64,000 nucleotides of DNA from Eledone cirrhosa (Eukaryota), in the NCBI GenBank assembly GCA_964016885.1, contig OZ024754.1, forward strand, positions 38,068,001 to 38,132,000. The letters are read 5' to 3'. Under the pieces are notes generated by a model that worked only from the letters and a program-made list of their open reading frames with translations, was not told the DNA's origin and did no database searches. This document shows positions 25,386-39,300 of the stretch, in pieces (within the stretch, counting starts at the first letter, position 1; every line of letters begins with the position of its first letter). The position numbers and the translations under genes were made by a program.

Positions 25386-28300
25386 TCATCATCATCATCA
25401 TCATCATTTTACGTCCGCTTTTCCCTGCTTGCAAGGGTGGGATGGGTCTTATTCAGCACAGCATCTCTCCACTCGTCACGGTCCCTTGTCATCTCCACCG
25501 TGAGCTTCAATGATCTGAGGTCTGTTCTCACCACCTCCGCCCATGTTTTTCGTGGTCTACCTCTACCACGTCTTCCTTCAACTGGCATTTCCTGGCACTT
25601 CTTCACCCATCGGTCATCCTCCATGCGCATCACATGTCCATACCACCTCAGTCTCCTCTCCCGTACACTACATTCTATCCCTCTCAGACACAGTTTCTCT
25701 CTCAACACATTTATGCTGGGTCGTTCACGCACATTTACACTGCACATCCAACGGAGCATGCTTGCCTCATTTCTCTCCATATATATATATATGTTTATCT
25801 ATATATATGTATATATATATATATATATATATGTATATCTGGGTGATTACGCTGTCGAAATATTCGATAAATATTCCGTCGCAGCCGGCGCGAAGGGCTG
25901 GTTTCGGTTATTTGTTGAGGATTTCTTCATAGAAGCCTTATTCTTATAGCTTGGTCTATTCGATTTTTTTATATGGTTAATTATGCTAATTGGGAGAGGA
26001 AATGGTATATATTTTATCTGGTGATTCTGTAGACATGTTTTATGATATATAGCTCTGATTATTTAATTTATTAACTTTTCATTGAACCACAAAGTGACTC
26101 GTTGCAAAACACGTGTATATATATATATATATATTAATATTTGATGAACATTTACATGTTATAGTCAATTGCAACTATAACATGTAAATGTTCATCAAAT
26201 ATTAATTTATACTGCTCAGAAGCAATTCCTAGAGCTGAAATGATTGTAAATGACCTCTCTGAGTCTAAACTCTAAGCTATTTATATATATATATATATGC
26301 ATATATATATACATATATATGTATATATAATATAGAAATGGCTTCTATAAGACTAGAACTGTTTCATTTGGGAGAAATCATCATATATATATAGATTCCT
26401 GATGATTTCTAAAGAATGAAACAGTTCTAGTCCTGTAGAATCTCATCTATATTAAAACTTTTATACTCTGCAATGTATTGAGTACCTTACTGTGGTTACC
26501 TCCGATTCAACCCGGAATAACGTATATATATGTATATATATATATATATATAAACTCACACGTGTGTGTGTGCTTTGAAAGTATTTAAAGTGAAAAACAA
26601 AAGTCCTGGTTATATAACAGCCCATCCTATCATTCAAAAATATCTCATTGATTGCAGTGTCTAATTGGGGAAAAATATCTATATGTATTAATTCATGTGT
26701 ATCCCAAAGCAAATATATATATATATACAATCTTTTATAAACATATATTAGCCCCAGTCAAATTAATGTTGAGAGAGAGAGGGAGCTAAATAGGGCCCAG
26801 ATTCCTACAGGTAAATGGCCTTGCTCAATATGCAGGAAAGGAGTAGGTAGAAATTCCATTCTATGTCCCAAATACAAGCGAATGGTACATAAAAGATGTA
26901 GTGGGATCATAGGCAGGCTATCAAGGAACATGGGTTTTATTTGCAGCTGATGCTCAGGTTCAGTTAGTGGCAAGTGCCCACAGGATACTAGCTACTTCAA
27001 ATGTCTTAACAGCTCTATAGAAATAGTCAACAATTTTTGTTACTTGGGTGATGTAATCAGCAGTGGAGGTGAGTGTTCCGAAAGTACAGTAGCCAGAGTA
27101 AGAACAGGATGGAAGAAGTTCAGGGTGTTATTACCACTGTTAGCTACAAAAGGATTTTCCCTTAAATTTAACCGAAGGTTGTACAATGCATGTATATGAA
27201 CAGCAATGTTGCATGGTAGTGAGACCTGGACACTGTGCGCAGAGGACCTGAGAAGATTGGAAAGAAATGAAGCATACATGCTCCGATGGATGTGTAATAG
27301 TAATATACACGAACAGCAAAGTGTAACCGAATTAAGAGAGAAATTAGGCATAAGAGGGATCAGATGCAGTATACTGGAGAGGAAATTGTGTTGATACAAT
27401 AATGTGATGCATATGAAGGACAACAGTTGTATAAAAATGTGCAGGGTGATCAAAATTGATGGCAGCTATGGAATAGGAAGATCTGGGATGAGCTGATAAA
27501 AGCTGACCTTACTCAATTGCACCTCTTCACAGACAGTCTGTACTAAAGCAGGGCTACTGACTTCCCAGACAAGCAGGGGGTTCCCATTTTGCTTGCATAC
27601 AGTTCCACATTCTACCAAGAACATTTTATCATGGCATCAGTATTAGAGGTTGTCATTTCTTTAACATAACTGAAGTGTCCTCCCTTCCCTTTGTTTAGCA
27701 AGCTTTCTACACCTGGCTGTACTTCCTATCACCAACCACTTTACAAGTGTGTACTGGGTGTGTTTATCATATAGATCACCAACACTAAGGAGGCTATCAA
27801 GTGGTTGGCCACTGAACAGAGATAATATTGGGTAGAAAGGACTTTTCGGTCTTGCCAAGTATATGACAATTTATTGTGATGCCGTTTTGTACTTTTAAGA
27901 ATGCTTTGTTAATGTAGTTTTATGTGGTACAGGACATTATGAGTTAATTAATTAGGCAAGGGCGGTGGATTGGCAGTATCGGTAGAGGGTTAGACGCCAT
28001 GCTTTCCAGCATAGTTACGTCCCTTTACGATCTGAGTTCAAATCCCGCCGAGGTTGACTTTGCCTTTCATCCTTACAGGGTCGATAAAATAAAGTACCAG
28101 TAATGCACTGGGTAATTGCTGGCCTTGTTCCTAAAGTAGAAACAATTATGAGTTAATTAATTGTCTTTGCTATTCAGCAATGTTTAGAATTAAACAGTGA
28201 ATTGGCAGAGTCATTAGAATGCCAGATAGAATGCTTTGCAGTATTCATTCCAGTTTTCCCTTAGCTTTGGGTTAAATCATGTAAAGTTCAATGTTTCATC

Positions 28301-31300
28301 CTTTCAAGTTTGGTAAATAAAGTACTAGTCCAGTACTAGGGTTGATTCTTCCTCTATATCTTTCTCTCACTTCCCATCTCTTCTCTAGAAGAAATTGGCA
28401 ACACACCTACAATTCCCCATGGAATGACCAGACCAGACCATAGATGCATTGTTTAGGATTGTCATGAGATATTGAAACAGACTTTTCTATTTTACTTCTC
28501 TTTTCAGTGGCTGTGGTGTTATAATAGAAGGTACAATCCGAGGACGATCTCGACTGGCAATCACAGATAAAGACAAAAATAAGGTGAGTAGTTTATATCT
28601 GAGAGTTCTTCTTGAAGATTTCTTGATATTGGCCTCACAGCATCAAGCGAGTTGTTCTACATCTTTCACTTTTTAATTTATTTCATTTTCTATCTCTATC
28701 TATGGTTTAGTGGTTAGAGCATTGGCCTTGCAATCGAAAGGTTGTGAGTTCAATTCTCAGACTGTGTGATGTGTTGTTTCCTTGAGCAAGACACTTTATT
28801 TCACATTGCTCCAGTTTACTCAGCTGTAGAAATGAGATGATAGGGACTGGGGTCCATATCATTCCACTGTCAAATGGTCGTGGAGGTACCACAGCAAAAA
28901 AGCACCCAGCCCACACTGTAAAGTGGACGTGTAGGCGCCACGGCAAAAAAGTACCCAGCACTCACTATAAATGAGGTTGGTGTTAGGAAGGGCATCCAGC
29001 TGTAGAAATCAAGCCAGAATCAGTTCCCGTCCCACCCTTGCAAGCAGGGAAAAGCGGACGTAAAATGAGATGATGATGTCTATCCAGTCGTTTTTTTTTA
29101 TTTTTATTTTTTTGAGTTTTTTTCGTCTGTCTATGAAAGTAGCTACCAATGCAATTATTTTTCATGCAAACCCACCTAAAACTGCCTCTGGTTCTATAAA
29201 ACAAAACTATCCATTTAAAGGGTTCCTCTTTAAATTGAAATCTTCCAACATACATTTTATATAAGGACCTTTTTGTTATGTTAGAAATACCATCTTAATA
29301 ATTGAAATAATTTTAGTAAATCCCTACAGATTCTTCTTTGATTTTATTCAGATACAGTGTATTTTATCAGAAATAAGGTTAAAAAAGGGTTACATTTTCT
29401 AGGCAGTCTGTCTCTGTGATTCTTGACTCTTATTCTATCTATTTTTCTGTGAGGCTGCTTACATTACTCCCCCAGCCCCACCTGTTTGTCAGTCTACATA
29501 TCTGTTAATGTAAGAATAAAAACATATCTGCATGTATTTAATTTCATTGTGGACTTAGGTCCCATGAAGGCTTATTTCGGTAGTTTCAACTGAAGATTAA
29601 ACCAAGTGGTTTTGTTGTTATGTAACATTACATGAGGATCTTCTTGGCTCTCTCTGACAAAATGTGGAGTGAGTGTAGCTTACTTCACTCTCCCAAGATG
29701 TTGAGTGAGTGTAGCTTACTTCACTCTCCCAAGATGTCGAGTGAGTGTAGCTTACTTCACTCTCCCAAGATGCTGAGTGAGAGTAGCTTACAGATGTTGA
29801 GTGATGGTAGCTTACAGATGCTGAGGGAGAGTAGCTTACAGATGTCGAGTGATGGTAGCTTACAGATGTTGAGTGAGTGTGCTTACTTCACCCTCCCAAG
29901 ATGCTGAGTGAGAGTAGCTTACAGATGTTGAGTGATGGTAGCTTACAGATGCTGAGTGAGAGTAGCTTACAGATGTCGAGTGATGGTAGCTTACAGATGT
30001 TGAGTGAGTGTAGCTTACTTCACTCTCCCAAGATGCTGAGTGAGAGTAGCTTACAGATGTTGAGTGATGGTAGCTTACAGATGCTGAGGGAGAGTAGCTT
30101 ACAGATGTTGAGTGAGAATAGCTTACAGATGTTGAGTGATGGTAGCTTACAGATGTTGAGTGAGAATAGCTTACAGATGTTGAGTGATGGTAGCTTACAG
30201 ATGCTGAGTGAGAGTAGCTTACAGATGTTGAGTGAGAATAGCTTACAGATGTTGAGTGATGGTAGCTTACAGATGCTGAGTGAGAGTAGCTTACAGATGT
30301 CGAGTGATGGTAGCTTACAGATGTCGAGTGATGGTAGCTTACAGATGCTGAGTGAGAGTAGCTTACAGATGTTGAGTGAGAGTAGCTTACAAATGTCGAG
30401 TGATGGTAGCTTACAGATGCTGAGTGAGAGTAGCTTACAGATGTTGAGTGAGAGTAGCTTACAGATGCTGAGTGAGAGTAGCTTACAGATGTCGAGTGAT
30501 GGTAGCTTACAGATGTCGAGTGATGGTAGCTTACAGATGCTGAGTGAGAGTAGCTTACAGATGTTGAGTGAGAGTAGCTTACAAATGTCGAGTGATGGTA
30601 GCTTACAGATGCTGAGTGAGAGTAGCTTACAGATGTTGAGTGAGAGTAGCTTACAGATGTTGAGTGAGAGTAGCTTACAGATGTTGAGTGAGAGTAGCTT
30701 ACAGATGTCGAGTGATGGTAGCTTACAGATGCTGAGTGAGAGTAGCTTACAGATGTTGAGTGGGAGTTGCTTATCTCAGTTTCTCAAGATGTGTGTCTAA
30801 GCACAACTCAGATCCTCACCCGAAATTGTCAAAAAAGCCCTCATGGGGTATAATTTCATTGTGAGACTGAACATATATAATAATAATGAAATTATTGTGT
30901 ACAGTGCTCAGGTGCACTACACCTCATCAAAGATGCATGCATAGTACATAGAATAATGTACAAATGTCAGGAAAATAAACAGTGTACGAGTCATGAAATA
31001 CATGTGTGCATGTGTATGGAGGGGGGGGGGACATCAGGTGTAGTGTTGGCGAATCTCAGGAAGCATGGAAGTTTTAAAGGATGCAGTGTCTCGGCAGCTA
31101 ACAACTGATGCAGGTAGTTTGTTCCATGCTTCAGCAACTCTGAGCGTGGAAAAATGTTTCCGAAAGTCATGGGAGCTGTGCTGTTTTCTGACTTTGTTGG
31201 CATGCCCACGTGTGTTAGACACATGGAAATCAAAACATGGTGCTCAGGGTTGTTGTTGGCAAGACGGGTAATAATTTTGTGGGTGTTTACCAAGTCAGTT

Positions 31301-33973
31301 GCCAGACGTCGGAGCTTCAATGTATCCATGTCCAGGGAAGCAAGGCATTCAGAGTATGGTAGATGCTTGATGGAGGGTATTCGCTTGGTTGCACATCTCT
31401 TAACAGTTTCCAGGAGGTCAATGTTCTGAGCAAGATAGGGGTTAGTCTGTTTATATATTTATTCAAAAGCCACACTTTAGTGTTGGTACTATAATAATTA
31501 TTGTCTTTTTATCTGTCAGCTAATTTAGATAGCCGAATACTGGGACTTGACTGACTGCCTTCTTTTTCATGCCGGTCACCATCAAGACCTCTAGTGTCAT
31601 CAATCTCCAAACTGCATCGCACCTTGGGAAGGAACCCCATGAGGTGAAGCGGCTGATGAAGCGGGGTACTGTTGACAGTTCTCCATGGCAATGCCTTTGT
31701 TGCCATTTTGTCCGTAGGGTGCAGCTGAGATATACCACCTAGACTGATGTCCAGAGTCTGCTACTCCCTCCTTACATTCCTTTACTTTTGCTATTTAATT
31801 ATTTTCCTCCTTTCATTTTCTTTTTTATTGTAAATATCCTATAATCCGATTGAAATATGTTGAATAAAGTTTTGTGTATTATAGATAAGTTATTAAATCT
31901 TCTGAAGTAATTTTGTTTTTGTTTTCTAATTTTTCTCCTACTCTTAACAACAGCAACTCCCTACAATCAAAGCAACTAACCTCCCCAATCCCACTGTCCT
32001 TATTTAAAACACCCCTAATATCAAAATATTAGCACACCCACAATATAAACATCACCAACACATCAACAAACACCACCAACACATCAACAAACACCACCAA
32101 CACATCAACAAACACCACTAACACATCAACAAACACCACCAACACATCAACAAACACCACCAACACATCAACAAACACCACCAACACATCAACAAACACC
32201 ACTAACACATCAACAAACACCACCAACACATCAACAAACACCACTAACACATCAACAAACACCACCAACACATCAACAAACACCACCAACACATCAACAA
32301 ACACCACCAACACATCAACAAACACCACTAACACATCAACAAACACCACCAACACATCAACAAACACCACCAACACATCAACAAACACCACCAACACATC
32401 AACAAACACCACCAACACATCAACAAACACCACTAACACATCAACAAACACCACCAACACATCAACAAACACCACCAACACATCAACAAACACCACCAAC
32501 ACATCAACAAACACCACCAACACATCAACAAACACCACTAACACATCAACAAACACCACCAACACATCAACAAACACCACCAACACATCAACAAACACCA
32601 CCAACACATCAACAAACACCACCAACACATCAACAAACACCACCAACACATCAACAAACACCACCAACACATCAACAAACACCACCAACACATCAACAAA
32701 CACCACTAACACATCAACAAACACCACCAACACATCAACAAACACCACCAACACATCAACAAACACCACCAACACATCAACAAACACCACTAACACATCA
32801 ACAAACACCACCAACACATCAACAAACACCACCAACACATCAACAAACACCACCAACACATCAACAAACACCACCAACACATCAACAAACACCACTAACA
32901 CATCAACAAACACCACCAACACATCAACAAACACCACCAACACATCAACAAACACCACCAACACATCAACAAACACCACCAACACATCAACAAACACCAC
33001 TAACACATCAACAAACACCACCAACACATCAACAAACACCACCAACACATCAACAAACACCACCAACACATCAACAAACACCACCAACACATCAACAAAC
33101 ACCACCAACACATCAACAAACACCACTAACACATCAACAAACACCACCAACACATCAACAAACACCACCAACACATCAACAAACACCACCAACACATCAA
33201 CAAACACCACTAACACATCAACAAACACCACCAACACATCAACAAACACCACCAACACATCAACAAACACCACCAACACATCAACAAACACCACCAACAC
33301 ATCAACAAACACCACCAACACATCAACAAACACCACTAACACATCAACAAACACCACTAACACATCAACAAACACCACCAACACATCAACAAACACCACC
33401 AACACATCAACAAACACCACCAACACATCAACAAACACCACCAACACACCCACCAGCACCACCAACACATCAACCAACACCACCAACCAACACCACCAAC
33501 ACCACCCACCAACACCACCAACACATCAACCAACACCACAAACACCACTAACAAACACCACCAACACATCAACCAACACCACCAACCAACACCACCAACA
33601 CCACCCACCAACACCACCAACACATCAACCAACACCACCAACACCACCAACCAACACCACCAACACCACCCACCAATGCCACCAACACCACTAACAAACA
33701 CCACCAACACTACCCACCAACACCACCAACACCACTAACAAACACCACCAACACACCCACCAACACCACCACAATGACCATTCCTATAAACAATACCTAT
33801 ACCACTTGTACCCAGGCACAAAGTACCATCACTGAGCTGTGGAACTGACCTTTGCTATAATGTCAATGTTATTCTGCTGCTCTTGACATTTTCAATGACA
33901 ATCAGTTGTGGCTTTGTATTTTAAAATTAGTCCAGAAATATTTTTAACTCAACCTTTGGGCACTGAGTGTATA

Positions 33974-34046
<73 letters not shown>

Positions 34047-34363
34047 GATCGAGTATCGAAAAATCGGCGCACGAGTTCACGATAAACAAAATTCGAAATG
34101 AGCGGCAGAGGGCTCAATACTTCAGATGAATCAGAGCTATAACTATCGTTAAAATACCGTCACATATAGAACAAGTCCACAATCAACCATACGATAAAAA
34201 ATCGATAATAGAAGATTCGGGACAAACAGATAAAAAATATCAATAAAACAATACATCAATAATTTAAATGAATTATATATATATATATGTAGGAGGTGAG
34301 TTTTATTGTAGCACAATAAAGCAATGCAATATATATATATATATGTTGTATTTGTGTTGTTTT

Positions 34364-34412
<49 letters not shown>

Positions 34413-35409
34413 TAACAGATTAAAGTTCAAGCAAAGAATCGCTGCTTTCACCCTTAACGGGATCTTCTCTAAACTTTAATCTGTTATTTTAATAAATATT
34501 TGCTTTGCGGTTTTTATATATACATTATCCTTATTGAGCCCTCTTCGGGTTTTAGTCTTCACATTTATTATCATTACTGTATATATGTATATATGAGTGT
34601 ATGTGTTTATCCCGGGTTTATCCGACACTTTACAGTGTCGGCTGGGTGCTTTTTGCCCTGTCACCATCGCAATCACTTTACAGTGTGGGCTGGAGGCTTC
34701 CCCAGATGTATATATAGCATGGTGCATGGCTAAGGTGAAGGTGCATGGCTTAGTGGTTAGAACATTGGGCTTGCAATTGAAAGGTGAGTTCAATTCTTGG
34801 ACCGGGTGATGTGTTGTTTCCTTGAGCGAGACACTTTATTTCACGTTGCTCCAGTTTATTCAGCTGTAGAAATGAGATGATAGGACTGGGGTCCCTATCA
34901 TTAAATCACCCAAGACACCTCCAACAAAATATACCTTGGAGGAGGCCAACTAAACCTGCATAGGTGTGAGCTGTCACACACACATATATATATATATATG
35001 CTTCAACTTCGGCCTGGGCCTGTGGGAAGTTAGGTCTTCTGTATTTTTGCGTAATACCATTGATATTCTAATCACTCTTCTCTTACCTGTTGAATAAAAC
35101 CCCATCCTAAAGGGCACTGAAATCTTCTATTTTCTCTTAGTAACCAGTATTTTGATTTTGTTATTGTTTTTTATTCTGCTATTGACACATTCTTCCAAGT
35201 TTGAAATAATTTCTGCTGCTCTTTGATAGATTTTGCAATAAGAACAACATTTTAACATATAAGTTCTATGCCATGTATATTCCAGTTTTTGAATAGGTTC
35301 ACTGTTTCGCTGCATGTCATATGGGGTGATAAAAAGGGCATCCAACTGCAAAACACTGTCTCAAACCATCTCATCCAAACCCATACCAGCATAGAAAAGT
35401 GGACATATG

Positions 35410-35451
<42 letters not shown>

Positions 35452-36318
35452 ACTATTATTTGGCAGAATCAGTAGAGCGTCGGGCAAAATGCTTTGCAGT
35501 ATTTATTTACGGCCCTTTACATTCTGAGTTTAAATCCAGCTGAGGTTAGCGTTGCCTTTCATCCTTATAGGGTCGATAAAATAAAGTACCAGTAATGGAC
35601 TGGAGTCGATTTAATTGACTTTACCCCTCCCCCAAAATTGATGACTTTGTGCCAAAAGTAGAAACAATTATTATTATTATTATTATAGTTGCATTTATCT
35701 TGCTTTATGTTCATACGAGTTATCACCAAGTCACAACCAGTGACCTCAAGAGACAACAAGGTCCGCCATGTTCAAGAAAGAACATACATACACACACATG
35801 CATCTTTAGTGTTTAGACTTGTGATGTACTTATATTGACAGAATCTTCCTTAGTATATGGGCAGTTCCCATTAGTACTATCTTTTGTATTTCTCCTATAC
35901 GCGGGTTTCCTGGGATTTGCGATATGTAATCATTAGACCCCTTAGGTATCATTCCCAGAGCGCCTACAACCACTGGTATTGTTTTAGTTCTCAATTTCCA
36001 CATTTTTCCAATTTCTATCTCCAGGTCCTTATACTTGCTCAATTTTTCAAATGTTTTTATAGATACATTCTTGTCTATTGGAACAGACATATCAATTAGC
36101 AGGCATACCCTCTTTTGAAAGTCTTTCAATATTATATCAGGTCTGTTTGCATCTATTTTTCGGTCTGTTTGGATGCTAAAGTTCCACAAGATTGAGATGT
36201 GATCTTTTTCAAGTATGGGAGGTGGTTGATGCTCTCACCAATTCTTTTGATGGGGCAGGTCAAAATGCTTACACATTATCCAATGTATGTATTGTGCAGC
36301 TCTGTCATGCCTGTTTAG

Positions 36319-36355
<37 letters not shown>

Positions 36356-39300
36356 CAGCAGATTGGCAGGGTCAGTAGAGCGTTAGACAACATGCTTCAC
36401 AGCATAAAGTTATGGTCCTTTATGTTCTGAGTTCAAATCCCGCCACGGTTAACTTTGCCTTTCATCCTCAGGGGGGGGGGGGGGGGGGGGGCGATAAAAT
36501 AAAGTACCAGTCACATACTGGGGTCAATTTGATCGACTTTCCTCTTCTCCAAGATTGCTGGCCTTGTGCCTAAATCAGAAATCATCATCATCATCATTAT
36601 TATTATTATTATTATATAAATAAATAAATAATAAAGAAATGAGGAGGAGGTGGAGGAGTTCACCCAAATTTCCAGCTCTAAATTCCTAATTGTTATTACT
36701 TCCAGAACTATAAAGGCCAGTAAAATGATGGAGACTGTACGATTGTGATCACTGAACTTGTTAATAACCTTGCCTTTTTTTACAATAGCCACCCACCCAC
36801 CCTCTATATGGTTTCAATACCTCCCACATACCATTCATCTACAGTTAGTTTCCTCAGCACTCACCAGACTAAAGAACATGGTATTTTATTGTAAGATTTA
36901 TTATTCCCTTTCATAGGCATCTACAATCCACTGTACTGGTGCTTATCTCCTGTTTTCTCAATTTTAAGTGGATGAAACACAAATTTCTACTGGATAAGAA
37001 GCTAGACTTTTGGAGGTAATCCAGTACTGCATCTATTCCATATTGATATACTCTCACTTTAGTCACTTTTATATTATATCCAACTACTGTTTCCTTAGTT
37101 ATTATTATTCTATCTTATCTTCTGTGCCATTACCATAATAATTGTTGTTCTTTCATTCTTTCCTTAACCATGCATTGTAGCTATAGTTATGTCTATCCAC
37201 TGTACACTGTCACTGTAATTACCACCCTGCACTTCAGTTCTTTTACCCATGTACTGTAGTCACACTTACCTATTTTCAAGCACCACTGCCACATCTATCT
37301 TTACCTAGCCACTACCTATGCAACACTGCCATGGTTAATATTCTGACTTACATCCTCTCTTTTCCATAGTTCCGTTATGTGGTCTTGCACATAGTCTGCC
37401 AGAGAGCTCACAAGAGAAAGTTTGATGCCACAAACAAAGAAATTGAACCAAACTTCAGTGAAACGCAGAAGGTTTCAACTGGTTTTCTGAATTCTTCTTA
37501 CAGTAAGTTTCTAGAATCTTCCAGTTTGTGACCATATTTGTCATGTGTGCCCTGATTTTTAGAATAGAAACATTGTATCCTTGTGTATCGTATAGGGTTG
37601 GTAGTATCCTTGTGTATTAAAGGGCTGGTAGTGTCAGAAAGGGCATCTGGCTATAAAACATTGTCCCAAAACATCCCATCCAGTCGTTGCCGGCATGGAA
37701 AAATGGATGTAAAAATGATGATGATTCCTAAAGTAATACACACTGCCTGTATGTGTCAGTCAGTCACATGGTCCAGGTACAACCCCATTGCGTGGCACCT
37801 TTGACAAGTGTCTTAAATCTCGTTCATAGCCTCAGGTCTACCCAAGCTTTGTGAGTGAAATTTGACTGACAAAACTTGTCCAGAAGCCCATTGGATAGAC
37901 TGCTACCTATTTTTGTTTTGAATTGTCTTATCTCCTGGTTTAACACCACAACATGACATTTAACCCTTTAGTATTCACATTACTATTATATACTATTATA
38001 TTCACATTACTATTATATTTTCATGGTGAAGGCTTTACCTCACATAATTATCTCACATAATATCGAATCTATGAGATTTTGAAAGTATTTATTTTGAGAA
38101 CAATACCTTAACATCAGTTTGAGCGACCAGTTACAGCCAGTTTCAACAGAAAGAGGTAGAGAATTCTGGTCGGTTTTGGCCAGTTTGAACATTAAAGGGT
38201 TAAGTTGTTTTAGTAAGGATAGGCTCTGCCAAACTGTATTTGCCCAAGATACTCTGAATAAGGCACTGTCACTAACGACGCTGGAGGGTCAAGAGAAAAG
38301 AGAAGTGACTCAGTTGCAAGCATTCAAGATCATGTGTTTAGTCTGAGAATTAAGTCGATATCTTGATGTGCTACCACCTACTATAGTATCTCATAAATTA
38401 TTGTTTCATATTTACTTTTATATGAAAAGTCTTGGATGTCCTGAAATAAAAAAAAGTTTATAGATACTGCACTTCCACCTTTTGGTAAACCATAGAAAGT
38501 TTTTTTCAAATTACAATACAAACTAACCAACAAGTGTTTACAGCCATCTTTCCTGCTTAAGCAGGGGTTAGCCTTGTAGCACCCATGACAATCATACTCA
38601 TCATGGGGTCTTTTCTTGAAGCAATGTTTTGAAATTAGACACCCTTCCTGGTGCCATTTAGTCACCTCTTATGACATACAGGGATACTGTGTAATTATTC
38701 TAAACTGGATGTGCAGCAAATTGACAGAGTTAGAATGTCAGATAAAATGCTTATGGCATTTGTTATTGTTATCTGTGTTTTCTGAATTCAAATCCTACTG
38801 AGGTCAACTTTGGCTTTTTATCCTTTTAGGATCAATAAAAGAAAAAAAAGGACCAGCCCAGTATTGTGGTCGATTCTTCCTCTATATCTCTTTCTCACTC
38901 TCTCAAAAGAAATTGGCTGTGTTCAAACCTGGGGGAGGTTTTAACCCTTTAGCATTTACATTGCTCTATATTTACTATTATATTTTCACAGTAACGGCTT
39001 TACCTCACATAATTATCTCACATAATATCAAATTTATGAGATTCTGATATTATTTATTTTGAGAACAATACCTTAACATAAGTATGAGCAGCTGGATACA
39101 GAAATTCTGGCCAGATACAGCCGGTTTAAATGTCTAAGACACATTGTGTGTTATTACAGCACTTCTACAACTCCATCAGGATTTATAGATTCACACAGAT
39201 TCTAAACCATATTCACACACTGAATCTTAACCAAACTCTATTGCTATGTTACAGCTAGAGGATCACTCAACAGCCTGTTACTGATTAGTTAATGTCACGA

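Noticed and set aside
27954-28060. tRNA genes
   Set aside because: The A/B boxes belong to multi-copy SINE heads; no complete cloverleaf seen.
29877-30800. 307-aa MLSESSLQ ORF
   Set aside because: A 24-bp tandem repeat that lacks stops by chance; the Arpin frame is complete without it.
32029-33486. 485-aa VLVVFVD repeat ORF
   Set aside because: Translation of a 21-bp intronic minisatellite; no unique sequence or splice context.
34430-34475. Additional hammerhead on the - strand
   Set aside because: The core reads GAGAAGA and stem I does not pair; too decayed to claim.
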